DNA of 64,000 nucleotides from Spirochaetia bacterium (GTDB lineage: Bacteria > Spirochaetota > Spirochaetia > CADAEX01). Shown piece by piece: positions 9,741-18,574 of the stretch; the stretch's first letter is position 1, and the number at the start of each line of letters is the position of its first letter. Made by a program: the position numbers and the translations under genes. Below the pieces are notes generated by a model. The model did no database searches. It saw only the letters and a program-made list of their open reading frames with translations, and had not been told where the DNA came from. The stretch is from contig CAXXHA010000029.1 of assembly GCA_963662265.2 (NCBI GenBank), forward strand, positions 64,001 to 128,000, written 5' to 3'.

Positions 9741-9782
9741 AAGCCTAAATTCTTAAATAATAAGGATTTAGGCCTTTTTTTT
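9741..9782 (+). terminator. Terminator of tRNA-Val copy 2
   Basis: Same hairpin as copy 1, followed by T8. Confidence 0.85.
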
Positions 9783-9900
9783 GTCTTTTCATATCATATC
9801 CTGTATGTAAACAATATGCTTAAAGAGAAAGATAATTTTACTCAAAAACTAACCGTTAAAATGATTATCAATGTGGCATTCCCCTGATTCTGTAGACACT

Positions 9901-10797
9901 TTAATCTGATGAAAACTTATCTTCAAAATCAGCAGGGCTTCGCTTTCCTAAATGACCATGCCGTCTTTTTGTATTGTAAAACATTTCAATATAATTAAAA
10001 ATATCTTTTCTTGCCTCCTCTCTGGTTTTATAAATTTTATTCCTGATTCTTTCTCTTTTAAGATTTGAAAAGAATGATTCAACTACAGAATTATCCCAAC
10101 AATTACCTCTTCTACTCATGCTAATTTCCAAAGAGTGGGCCTCACAAAAATCCTCCCAATCCTTACTTGTAAACTGACACCCTTGATCAGAATGGATAAG
10201 AACAGACTTTGTAGGTCTTCTTCTTTTTACTGCCATAAACAAAGCATCCATAACAATAATTGCTTTCTGATGATTCTTCATCGACCAGCCAACAACTCCT
10301 CTGTTAAATAGATCAATTACTACTGCCAGATATAACCAGCCTTCATAAGTTCGGATATATGTTATATCAGTACACCAAGCTTGATTTGGCTCAGCAACAG
10401 AAAATTCTCTATTCAAAGTATTCTTCTGGTAAATTTCTCCAGGAACCCAAGGTACATGATGCCGTTTCCGTCTGTAAGCACCTTTTATTCCAGCTACTCT
10501 CATCAAACGAGCAACCCGATTAACACCGTAGCTATAACCTGCTTCTTTTAGATCCTCATGTATATTTGGACTTCCATATACTTGACCGCTTTCTTCCCAG
10601 TAAAAACGGATTAGTTCTGTCACTTTTTTATTTTCTATTGTTCTAGGAGATTCTGGTGTTTTTAACCACCGATAAAATCCTGATGGATTAACTTTTAATA
10701 TCCTGCACATAGGGCGAATTGGAAACGCTTTTCTGTTGTCCCGAATAAAAGCGTACTTTACTGGGACTCCTTCGCAAAGTACGCTGCGGCCTTTTTT
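9901..10797 (-). CDS. IS3 transposase OrfB (DDE), joined to OrfA by -1 frameshift
   Basis: W.TDITY, HSDQG.QF, SRRGNCWDN..ESFF; frame is open up to slippery A AAA AAG at 10797-10791. Confidence 0.93.
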   Translation of the reverse strand, partial: KKGRSVLCEGVPVKYAFIRDNRKAFPIRPMCRILKVNPSGFYRWLKTPESPRTIENKKVTELIRFYWEESGQVYGSPNIHEDLKEAGYSYGVNRVARLMRVAGIKGAYRRKRHHVPWVPGEIYQKNTLNREFSVAEPNQAWCTDITYIRTYEGWLYLAVVIDLFNRGVVGWSMKNHQKAIIVMDALFMAVKRRRPTKSVLIHSDQGCQFTSKDWEDFCEAHSLEISMSRRGNCWDNSVVESFFSNLKRERIRNKIYKTREEARKDIFNYIEMFYNTKRRHGHLGKRSPADFEDKFSSD

Positions 10798-11045
10798 AAG
10801 ATATCACGCTCCATCTTAAGCTTTCTGATCTCTGCTTTTAATTCTCTGTTTTCCTTTTCTGCTTCTGTTAATTTTTTCTTTTCTCGAGACTCCCCGGATT
10901 TCCACCCGGCCTTTCTAAGCCAGTTATAAAGAGTAACGTCACTTATTCCTGTTGCTTTTGATACTTCAAGAACACTGTGTTCTTCTTCCATTATTTGCTT
11001 TAATATTTCGTCTTTAAATTCTTCTGTGTAGGGACTCTTTGGCAC
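10758..11045 (-). CDS. IS3 transposase OrfA (HTH plus leucine zipper)
   Basis: YTEEFK...TLYNW...ERDILKKAAAYFAKE; GTG start with SD AGGAG. Confidence 0.93.
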   Translation of the reverse strand: MPKSPYTEEFKDEILKQIMEEEHSVLEVSKATGISDVTLYNWLRKAGWKSGESREKKKLTEAEKENRELKAEIRKLKMERDILKKAAAYFAKESQ

Positions 11046-11291
11046 TTTAATACTCCTTAGTTTCTAAGTATATCAAGTGTCTACAGTTTTGGGGGAATGC
11101 CAATGTTATTCGAAATTGATGTATGAGTTAGGTGTTTGAATCCCTTCAGGTTGAAATATTAAAAATAAGTTAAAAATCATTAAAAACAAAAAAAGTTATA
11201 AGAAAAATATGAAACTGTAATATAATTAATAATAGATGGAGATGATTTATAGGCATGTAGTTTGTAAAATTAGATAAAAGAGGGGAAAGTA

Positions 11292-11648
11292 ATGAATTCC
11301 GTTTATCGAAGCAGAATAAAAAATTTTTATGAACTTTATTTTACAGATAAACAACATGATAACTGGATCCGGATTATTAATAAATATTATAAAGATTCTA
11401 TTCAGGATCCTTCCAATATTGAAATATATCTTCATAGAATGCTTAACGGCGGTGTTCTTGATAAAGATGCAGTTAAAACAATAAAAGAGTCAAAAAATGA
11501 TAATATTTTATTGGAATTAACTGTTTTTGAAGAAAAAAAAGAAACAGCGCAAAATAAGAGTTTTATCAGAAAACTGTCATATGTTATTAAAGAATGCATC
11601 AATGAAATTGAAAAGTACAGCAGAATACTGAGTCATAGAAAATTCTGA
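11292..11648 (+). CDS. Hypothetical protein, 118 aa
   Basis: SD GAGGGG; protein-like composition; family not recognised. Confidence 0.6.
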   Translation: MNSVYRSRIKNFYELYFTDKQHDNWIRIINKYYKDSIQDPSNIEIYLHRMLNGGVLDKDAVKTIKESKNDNILLELTVFEEKKETAQNKSFIRKLSYVIKECINEIEKYSRILSHRKF

Positions 11649-11906
11649 GATTAAAAGGACATTGTTATTAAGATTCAGACAGATTATTTTGATGAAATAA
11701 TCTATATTATTCTTTTTTCAAATATTCCAAGAAAAATATCTATTTCTATATCAAATATATTTCTTCTGCCGCTGTCTTCTGAATATCAGGTGCAGCATTG
11801 GATAAAGATGACCTGTACTCTCAATAAAAAGTAACATAAACAGATTTTAATATTATTTTTTATTTGAATATTTTAAAAAAATATCAAAAATGCTTTAATA
11901 AAAGAC

Positions 11907-12431
11907 ATGAATAATATTTTAACAAAAAAAGAATATGATAAAAAAGAGTTTAAAAATATTGATTTTACAGGTGAGAGCTTTAATAATATTGTTTTTACAG
12001 ACTGCATATTTAAGGGATGCAAGCTGAGTGCAAATGAGCTTAGAAATACCCGTTTCCATTCTGTTGTTTTTGAAGAATGCAAGATCGCAGGATTGAGTTT
12101 TCAGAATATCAATAAAATGATTGTTGATATGAAATTTGTTTCCTGTGATCTGAAATCATCTAATTTTACCGATTTGCATATGAATAAGACTGATTTCAGC
12201 AGATGTTTGATTTTTGACTGTGATTTTATCAATACAGTGCTTAAAGAAGCTGATTTCAGCTGCTGTGACCTTAAGGATTCACTTTTCCATAACACTGATT
12301 TAACAGCAGCTGTATTTGAGCAGGCTGTTAACTACAATATAAATCCCAATCAGAACAAGATAAAAAATGCTGTGTTTTCATTGCCGGAAGCTGTAAATCT
12401 TCTGACACATTTTAATATTAAAATAAAATAA
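11907..12431 (+). CDS. Pentapeptide repeat protein
   Basis: Repeating (x)F/L-x-x-x pentads (FTDCI, FEECK, FSRCL, LKEAD, LTAAV) and C-terminal N.IK.A.FSLPEA..LL. Confidence 0.92.
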   Translation: MNNILTKKEYDKKEFKNIDFTGESFNNIVFTDCIFKGCKLSANELRNTRFHSVVFEECKIAGLSFQNINKMIVDMKFVSCDLKSSNFTDLHMNKTDFSRCLIFDCDFINTVLKEADFSCCDLKDSLFHNTDLTAAVFEQAVNYNINPNQNKIKNAVFSLPEAVNLLTHFNIKIK

Positions 12432-12446
12432 TCAGATTTTTAAGAC

Positions 12447-12535
12447 AAAAAAAAGCTATAAGAATGGTGAGTCCTTATAGCAGGTGTGATAATATGAAAT
12501 TATCAATGGAAAACGGAAAGTAGTGGAAATTAATT
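12447..12535 (-). ncRNA. Candidate ~90-nt small RNA
   Basis: Perfect promoter upstream, no ATG-started ORF, UUUCC x3, internal hairpin, 10-bp terminator stem plus U8. Confidence 0.65.
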
Positions 12536-12541
12536 AGTAAT

Positions 12542-12570
12542 ATTATACTACTAAAAGTAATTGATGTCAA
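12542..12570 (-). promoter_or_regulatory. Consensus sigma70 promoter driving the sRNA candidate
   Basis: TTGACA-TCAATTACTTTTAGTAG(17)-TATAAT on the minus strand. Confidence 0.85.
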
Positions 12571-12786
12571 TATATATATAACTTAAAGTAAGTTTAAGTA
12601 TTGCTGTTTAACATTGTAAAAAGAGAAATCATATAAATTATTCTGTATAATATTTTGTGTAAGACTCCTATATTTACTGGTGTATAAAAATACAATTATA
12701 TATAAATAACTGGTGGTTTTATAATCAGGATATTGTCTTGAAAAAAACACACAGCTTGAAAGAACGAAACAGGAAGGTGGATAAAA

Positions 12787-14067
12787 ATGAATAGAGAATC
12801 GCAAAGTCTGAAAATTACATATAATAATGATGAGATTGATTTTCCGATTTCTGAAGATTTAAATATAAAAATTTATGAACCAAACAATGTAATTGCTGCT
12901 TCTGAAGAAATACAGCTGATCAGTGAAGCTCTGAGCAAACCTTCCGGCAGTGAAAGTTTTGATAATTTTCTCAAGCAGAAAGGAAAGCTTCTCGTTATTG
13001 TAAATGATGGAACCAGACCGACTCCGACCAGGACAGTCATAAAAGTGCTTGATGAATTTCTTGAGAATCAGGATGTAACATTTATTATTGCAACTGGAGT
13101 TCACAGGGCCCCGACTGAAGAAGAATACAGATATATATTCGGGAGTTCTTATGATAAATATTCAGATCGTATTGTTGTACATGATTCTAGAAAATCAGAG
13201 GATATGATTTTTTTAGGAACTTCAAATAACGGAACAGAAATGTGGATAAATAAACATGCAATTGAGGCAGATAAAATACTTGTAATAGGTTCTGTTGAAC
13301 CCCATTATTTTGCCGGATATACTGGAGGCCGGAAAGCTCTTTTACCAGGTATTGCATCATTTAAGACAATTGAACAGAACCATAAACATGCACTGGACAA
13401 AAAAGCTCAGAGCCTTTCTCTGAAAGGAAATCCAGTACATGAAGATATGATTGATGCCATAAAGGTGGTAAACAAAAACATTTTTACAATAATGACTGTC
13501 CTTGATAAGGAGCATAAAGTCTATGCCGCTACTTCCGGAGATATTCATTCAGCTTTTAATGAAGCAACAAAATATGCTGATGATGTGTTTGTTGTTGATG
13601 TAGAGGAGGAAGCTGATATTGTTATCAGTATTGCAAAATACCCCATGGATTTTGACCTTTATCAATCGCAGAAAGCGCTTGATAACGGAAAACTTGCTTT
13701 AAAAGAAGGCGGCATTCTTATACTTATATCAGCATGCAGAAATGGAGTAGGTGAAGATGAATTTATTAAACTGCTTTCATCATGTAGAAATCCTCAAGAA
13801 GTACTGGAGAAAATTAAGAATAATTATAAACTCGGGTGGCATAAGGCTGGAAAGATGGCCGAAATTAATCTATCAGCTGAAGTGTGGGCAGTAACAGAAT
13901 TAGAAGAAGAATTGCTTAAAAGTATTTTTATTACACCTTTTAAAGATATTAAAAGCGCTCTCAATAAAGCAGTAAGCATAAAAGGAAAAAATGCGAAGAT
14001 ACTTATACTTCCAGACGGATGTGTAACTGTTCTGCGTGTAAAAAAAATGATTAAACTGAATTGTTGA
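12787..14067 (+). CDS. larA: Nickel-pincer-dependent lactate racemase family protein
   Basis: DGTRPTP, ATGVHR, EPHYFAGYTGGRKALLPG, NH, DLYQSQKA; substrate not certain. Confidence 0.88.
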   Translation: MNRESQSLKITYNNDEIDFPISEDLNIKIYEPNNVIAASEEIQLISEALSKPSGSESFDNFLKQKGKLLVIVNDGTRPTPTRTVIKVLDEFLENQDVTFIIATGVHRAPTEEEYRYIFGSSYDKYSDRIVVHDSRKSEDMIFLGTSNNGTEMWINKHAIEADKILVIGSVEPHYFAGYTGGRKALLPGIASFKTIEQNHKHALDKKAQSLSLKGNPVHEDMIDAIKVVNKNIFTIMTVLDKEHKVYAATSGDIHSAFNEATKYADDVFVVDVEEEADIVISIAKYPMDFDLYQSQKALDNGKLALKEGGILILISACRNGVGEDEFIKLLSSCRNPQEVLEKIKNNYKLGWHKAGKMAEINLSAEVWAVTELEEELLKSIFITPFKDIKSALNKAVSIKGKNAKILILPDGCVTVLRVKKMIKLNC

Positions 14068-14143
14068 TTAGTATTCAATTCATGGAGTAATAACTGATTT
14101 ATTTATAAGGTGCAATATAATGAATATTATTAAGAGGGAAGTT

Positions 14144-14734
14144 ATGTCAGCAAGACTTGAAAAACAGATAGAATTTATTAAAGAAATAGACAAACTCAAA
14201 AATATATACAGGAGATCTTTTATCACAGATAAATCCAGGAATGAAAATGATGCTGAGCATTCATGGCATATAGCCGTTATGGCACTCATACTCAGAGAAT
14301 ATTCAGATAAAAAGGAAATTGATATTGCAAAGGTAATTTCAATGCTTCTTATACATGATATTGTTGAGATATATGCAGGAGATACCTTCATATATGATGA
14401 AGAGGGAAGAAAAGAGCAGGAGAAAAAGGAAAAAGAGGCAGCAGACAAAATATTCGGTATGCTGCCTGATGAACAATGCAGTGAATTCAGAGCTCTCTGG
14501 GATGAATTCGAAGAAAAGAAAAGCGATGAAGCTGTATTTGCAAAAAGCATGGACCGGCTGCATCCGCTGCTGCTTAATTATTATGCGGAAGGCAAGACCT
14601 GGAAAAAACATGATGTTAATTCGGAAATGGTAAAAGAGGTTAACTCGGAAATAGCCTGCGGTTCAGAAACGTTATGGGAATTTGCAGAAAAACTTATTGA
14701 TGATGCAGTTGAAAACGGATTTCTGAATAAGTAA
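14144..14734 (+). CDS. HD-domain phosphohydrolase (YfbR/HDDC2-like)
   Basis: ENDAEHSWH, LIHDIVEIYAGD, LWDEFE, DRLHP; SD GAGGG before ATG 14144. Confidence 0.9.
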   Translation: MSARLEKQIEFIKEIDKLKNIYRRSFITDKSRNENDAEHSWHIAVMALILREYSDKKEIDIAKVISMLLIHDIVEIYAGDTFIYDEEGRKEQEKKEKEAADKIFGMLPDEQCSEFRALWDEFEEKKSDEAVFAKSMDRLHPLLLNYYAEGKTWKKHDVNSEMVKEVNSEIACGSETLWEFAEKLIDDAVENGFLNK

Positions 14735-15475
14735 ATGATTGAACTTCTGATTCTTCATTCGGTCATATTTTCAGCATTTTTTCTCAAAGGAATCGCAGGA
14801 TTCGGGAATACCCTTATTGTAAACGGGGGGCTGGCTTTTATACGGGAAAACAGGTTTATCACGCCTATAGACACACTTCTCGGGCTTCCTGTGAATATTT
14901 TCATGGTTATAAGGGAATGGAGATATATAAGATTCAGTATAGTTTTACCGCTTCTTATATCAGTAGGTTCAGGAATATTTCCGGGAATATTTCTGCTTGA
15001 TTCTGTCAATGACCGGATACTGAAGAGTGTTCTTGCTCTTGTTCTTCTTGCAATAAGCATTGATTTCTTCAAGACAGGAAAAAAGGAAAAAAAGGAAATT
15101 AAACATGTAAGGCTTGTTATAGTAATAACAGGTTTTTTATCAGGAATACTTACAGGACTATATGGAATAGGTGTACTTGTACCTGCAGTTCTCAGCAGGA
15201 TGGGGCTGAACAGAAGGGATTTCAGAGGCAGCATCTGTTTTCTCTTTACAGCAGAAAGTATTATAAGAATTACAGGATATTATCTGAGCGGAATAATCAA
15301 CCGGAATATTATTATGAATTTTCTTGTGCTTATACCTGCGGCTGCCTCCGGTGTAATCTTAAGCAGGTTTATAGACAGAAATATTGATGAAAATATGATC
15401 CGAAGGATAGTTATTATTGTTCTTATTTTATCTGCTGTAATGCTTCTTGTTAAAAACAGGTTCGGCTTTTGTTAA
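14735..15475 (+). CDS. TauE/SafE (TSUP) family membrane transporter
   Basis: KGIAGFG and GFLSGILTGLYGIG repeats; ~8 hydrophobic segments. Confidence 0.85.
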   Translation: MIELLILHSVIFSAFFLKGIAGFGNTLIVNGGLAFIRENRFITPIDTLLGLPVNIFMVIREWRYIRFSIVLPLLISVGSGIFPGIFLLDSVNDRILKSVLALVLLAISIDFFKTGKKEKKEIKHVRLVIVITGFLSGILTGLYGIGVLVPAVLSRMGLNRRDFRGSICFLFTAESIIRITGYYLSGIINRNIIMNFLVLIPAAASGVILSRFIDRNIDENMIRRIVIIVLILSAVMLLVKNRFGFC

Positions 15476-15582
15476 TAACAATATGTTATATTGATGTAAG
15501 TTGACTTTAAAATAAAAAATTGAGATATTAATTAAAGAAATAGCATTAACAATAATCTGTTGGAAAAACAGCGAAACTGCAA

Positions 15583-15688
15583 ACAAGGAATGATAAAAAC
15601 TTGTTTTTATCATTAGCGATAGAGACTTTCGCTTGCGAAAGTGCTCGAAAGCGTTATACAAGGAATGATAAAAACTTGTTTTTATCAT
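15583..15688 (+). repeat. Structured repeat, copy B: two identical 31-bp palindromic units around a central hairpin
   Basis: ACAAGGAATGATAAAAACTTGTTTTTATCAT at 15583-15613 and 15658-15688; spacer contains ACTTTCG-CTTG-CGAAAGT. Confidence 0.85.
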
Positions 15689-15703
15689 GTTATAGGAGAA
15701 AAT

Positions 15704-16405
15704 ATGTTTGAAAATACAGGTTTTATTTCAGAATCTCAGGCAGTAAAAGAAAGAAGCCTGATAAGAAATGTCTACATGTGGATGACTGCAGGTCTTGCAC
15801 TTACCGGAGTTGTTTCTCTCTGGATGATGTCAAATCCTGCAAGAATTATTTCAATAGTGCAGTCCGGAATGTTCTGGGGCCTGATAATAGGGGAATTTAT
15901 ACTGGTAATGTTTCTTTCTGCCAGGATAATGAGCATGAGTCCCCAGGCTGCAACTCTTTCATTTGCAGCATATTCGCTTCTTAACGGTATTACTCTTTCA
16001 ACTATATTTCTGATGTATACCGGGGCAAGTATAGTATCAACATTCTTTATAACAGCAGCAACTTTTGCAGGGATGAGCCTATATGCTGCAACCACAAAAA
16101 GAAGCCTTGCCGGAATCGGTCAATATCTGATGATGGGGCTTCTTGGAATAATAATTGCCTCTGTTGTAAACATCTTTTTAAGAAGTCCCGGAATGTATTA
16201 CCTTATTTCATATGCCGGTGTTCTTGTTTTCTGCGGGCTTACTGCCTATGACACACAGATGATTCTATCAATGAGCAGGAATTACTCTTCATCTCTTGAT
16301 GAAAGCGATTATGTGAGGTTCTCAATTATTGGAGCTCTTAAACTGTACCTCGATTTCATAAACATGTTCCTGTTCTTCTTGAGAATATTCGGAAGAAGGG
16401 ACTAG
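15704..16405 (+). CDS. Bax inhibitor-1/YccA family membrane protein
   Basis: VYMWMTAGL, GLTAYDTQ, GALKLYLDFINMF; SD AGGAG before ATG 15704. Confidence 0.93.
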   Translation: MFENTGFISESQAVKERSLIRNVYMWMTAGLALTGVVSLWMMSNPARIISIVQSGMFWGLIIGEFILVMFLSARIMSMSPQAATLSFAAYSLLNGITLSTIFLMYTGASIVSTFFITAATFAGMSLYAATTKRSLAGIGQYLMMGLLGIIIASVVNIFLRSPGMYYLISYAGVLVFCGLTAYDTQMILSMSRNYSSSLDESDYVRFSIIGALKLYLDFINMFLFFLRIFGRRD

Positions 16406-16420
16406 GGAAGCGGTCTATTA

Positions 16421-16978
16421 ATGAGAGTAACAGGGGGAAAATATCTCAGCAGGCAGGTAAAATGCCCGAAAGGTGTAATCAGACCTGCTATGGACAGAAT
16501 GCGGGAATCACTTTTCAGCATACTTGGAAATATACATGGAAAATCATTTCTGGACCTGTTCAGCGGATCCGGAATTATCGGAATAGAGGCTGCATCACGG
16601 GGTGCTTCTCCTGTTTGTTTTGTTGAAAAAGACAGAATCAAGAAGAGGATTATTCATGAAAATACAGATATGATTGATACTGAAAAAAAGATATTTATCA
16701 TGTCTGTTGAGAGGTTTATTTCAATAACGCGGGAAAAATATGACCTTATTTTTCTTGATCCCCCTTTTCCGATGGGTAAAAAACAGGATCTGGTTCTTTC
16801 TGTAAGCAGAAAAGATATTCTTTCAGATGACGGTATTCTGATGATACATCATCCGTCAGAGGAGAAATGGCCTGATACTGTCGGGAATCTAGAAATATTT
16901 GACAGGAGAAAATACGGCAGAAGCATACTGCTGTTTTTCAGAAAGAAAAAAGAATTATCCGCTGATAACAAAGAATAA
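16421..16978 (+). CDS. rsmD: 16S rRNA m2G966 methyltransferase
   Basis: MRVTGG, RPAMDRMRESLF, LDLFSGSG, FLDPPF, RRKYG. Confidence 0.93.
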   Translation: MRVTGGKYLSRQVKCPKGVIRPAMDRMRESLFSILGNIHGKSFLDLFSGSGIIGIEAASRGASPVCFVEKDRIKKRIIHENTDMIDTEKKIFIMSVERFISITREKYDLIFLDPPFPMGKKQDLVLSVSRKDILSDDGILMIHHPSEEKWPDTVGNLEIFDRRKYGRSILLFFRKKKELSADNKE

Positions 16979-17003
16979 ATTGCAATAATAATTAAATGTA
17001 TTT

Positions 17004-17040
17004 AAAGAGCTGTCTCCGGTAAAAAGAGCAGCTCTTTTTT
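17004..17040 (+). terminator. Intrinsic terminator after rsmD
   Basis: AAAGAGCTG...CAGCTCTTT followed by T run. Confidence 0.75.
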
Positions 17041-17151
17041 AATTTTAATACATCAGATTTCTATGAATTATCACAAATAAAAGAGAAATTATCTGTACCT
17101 GTTTATCCCAATTACCTTGAATAGATAAATCAATAAACATGTGAGATGTTC

Positions 17152-17553
17152 TCATGAAGACATACACTTTCTGTTAATAAGGCAGTTGACAATTATCATA
17201 TCTGAATTTGCAAATTTTCTTTCGCTGAGATTTTCAATTTTGATCCATTCAATTTTTGAATGTTCTTTCAGCTTAATTCTGTCTGAAAGGAAATTTATGA
17301 AAAATGCCTTTAAAGTATATTTCCGACCTTTATTTGTAAAGAATCCTGAACAGAAAAGATCCTTTACTTCAATATCAACATCAAACTCTTCCTTATATTC
17401 CCTGACAAGGGCATCCTGAGGTGTTTCCCCTTTTTCAGCTTTACCGCCAGGGAATTCCCAGCTTTCACCTATTGAAGTTCCGGGTTTTCTTTTTGCAATA
17501 AAAACCTTGCCGTCTATTAATGCGATTCCGGCTGTCGATGTTCTGTCAGGCAT
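17152..17553 (-). CDS. NUDIX hydrolase (MutT/NudG-like)
   Basis: WEFPGGKAEKGETPQDALVREYKEEF Nudix box. Confidence 0.93.
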   Translation of the reverse strand: MPDRTSTAGIALIDGKVFIAKRKPGTSIGESWEFPGGKAEKGETPQDALVREYKEEFDVDIEVKDLFCSGFFTNKGRKYTLKAFFINFLSDRIKLKEHSKIEWIKIENLSERKFANSDMIIVNCLINRKCMSS

Positions 17554-17963
17554 CAGATAAAAAGAACATCGGGAAAGAAAAAATGCAGCAGTGATATGAC
17601 AATAGCTGCAATACCAATGATATTTCTGTATTTCTCAATCAGAGAATCAGTCTTTTCAAGAGTCGGATTAATCTCGACTTCTTTATTCTTCTGCCAGTTT
17701 AGAAATAGAAAGACAGCAATAAGTATACTTAAAAGAGCAGGGATCATGTCCCCTATAACCGGAACATCGCCATCATAAACACTGATTATTTTAAATACCC
17801 CTGTTACAGCTGAAATGATGCTGAAACTCAAAATAAAATTCTGTGCTGCAAAGAGTTCCTGCAGTGCATCCAGTTTAGGAAACTGTTTTTTTATTACTTC
17901 ATTTGCCAGCAATAAACCGCCTATGAAATTGACAAAAATTGATAAAAAATAGAATTGAACCAT
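17553..17963 (-). CDS. Hypothetical 4-TM membrane protein
   Basis: Hydrophobic ORF coupled to the NUDIX gene; SD GAGGT; upstream TTGACG-17-TATTAT. Confidence 0.8.
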   Translation of the reverse strand: MVQFYFLSIFVNFIGGLLLANEVIKKQFPKLDALQELFAAQNFILSFSIISAVTGVFKIISVYDGDVPVIGDMIPALLSILIAVFLFLNWQKNKEVEINPTLEKTDSLIEKYRNIIGIAAIVISLLHFFFPDVLFI

Positions 17964-18016
17964 ATCTCAGCTACCTCTTTTCTAAATAATAACTGATACT
18001 GATACAGTCGTCAATT

Positions 18017-18559
18017 TTATTTTTCATAAACAATTTTATGCTTTATATCAATACTGTTGTTCTGGAATTTTATATTGACGAGAATATGTGAACTGTCATT
18101 TATATCAGGAATTTCTGACAGGGGAATTGAAATCCTGTATATTTTTTCCTCATTTATTTCACGGGGAAGGAGATCAAAAATCTTTTCATAAAAACTGTCA
18201 ATTTTTGACAGTTTAACAGTAAGTTCCACCGGTATTTCCGGTTCCTTTTCATCTGGAACTGTCGGGTTTTTGTTTACTGAAGTAACACTGATAAGGAGAT
18301 TATCATTGTAAACAAATGTTTTCATCGAAAAAGTATAATTATCCCCGGTATATCTGTTGCCTGAAATTTTCTGATAAATAAGAAATCCTGATGAAAGTAA
18401 AACAATGAGTGCAATATCAAGCCAGAGAATCAGAAGAGACTTGTTTTTTCTTTTTTTCTTTTTATATTCCAGGACAGATTCCGGCATCATGGAATGCCTC
18501 TCTTCCCGGTTATAATGAAACTCATATTCAGGTTTTTCAGGTATCTTGTCATCATCCAT
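18017..18559 (-). CDS. Hypothetical single-TM protein
   Basis: F(H)YNREER motif, basic stretch, one TM; in operon with nnr. Confidence 0.75.
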   Translation of the reverse strand: MDDDKIPEKPEYEFHYNREERHSMMPESVLEYKKKKRKNKSLLILWLDIALIVLLSSGFLIYQKISGNRYTGDNYTFSMKTFVYNDNLLISVTSVNKNPTVPDEKEPEIPVELTVKLSKIDSFYEKIFDLLPREINEEKIYRISIPLSEIPDINDSSHILVNIKFQNNSIDIKHKIVYEK

Positions 18560-18574
18560 AATATATTAAATTCC

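Larger units (their letters stand above)
9874..11102 (-). mobile_element. IS3-family insertion sequence, 1229 bp, apparently intact
   Basis: Imperfect ~28-bp IRs TGGCATTCCCC-N5-CTGTAGACACTT with TG...CA ends; 3-bp direct repeat ATG (9871-9873 / 11103-11105); orfA plus orfB. Confidence 0.96.

Noticed and set aside
11125-11155. tRNA 3'-end remnant (GTTTGAATCCC)
   Set aside because: Does not match the tRNA-Val T arm and forms no consistent stem
15614-15657. Hammerhead ribozyme (GAG...CUC-GAAA resembles stem II plus GAAA)
   Set aside because: The required CUGANGA core is absent in both copies
15583-15688. Mini CRISPR array (31-bp repeat, 44-bp spacer)
   Set aside because: Only two repeats, no cas genes, and the 'spacer' is itself a hairpin shared with the element at 2898-2981
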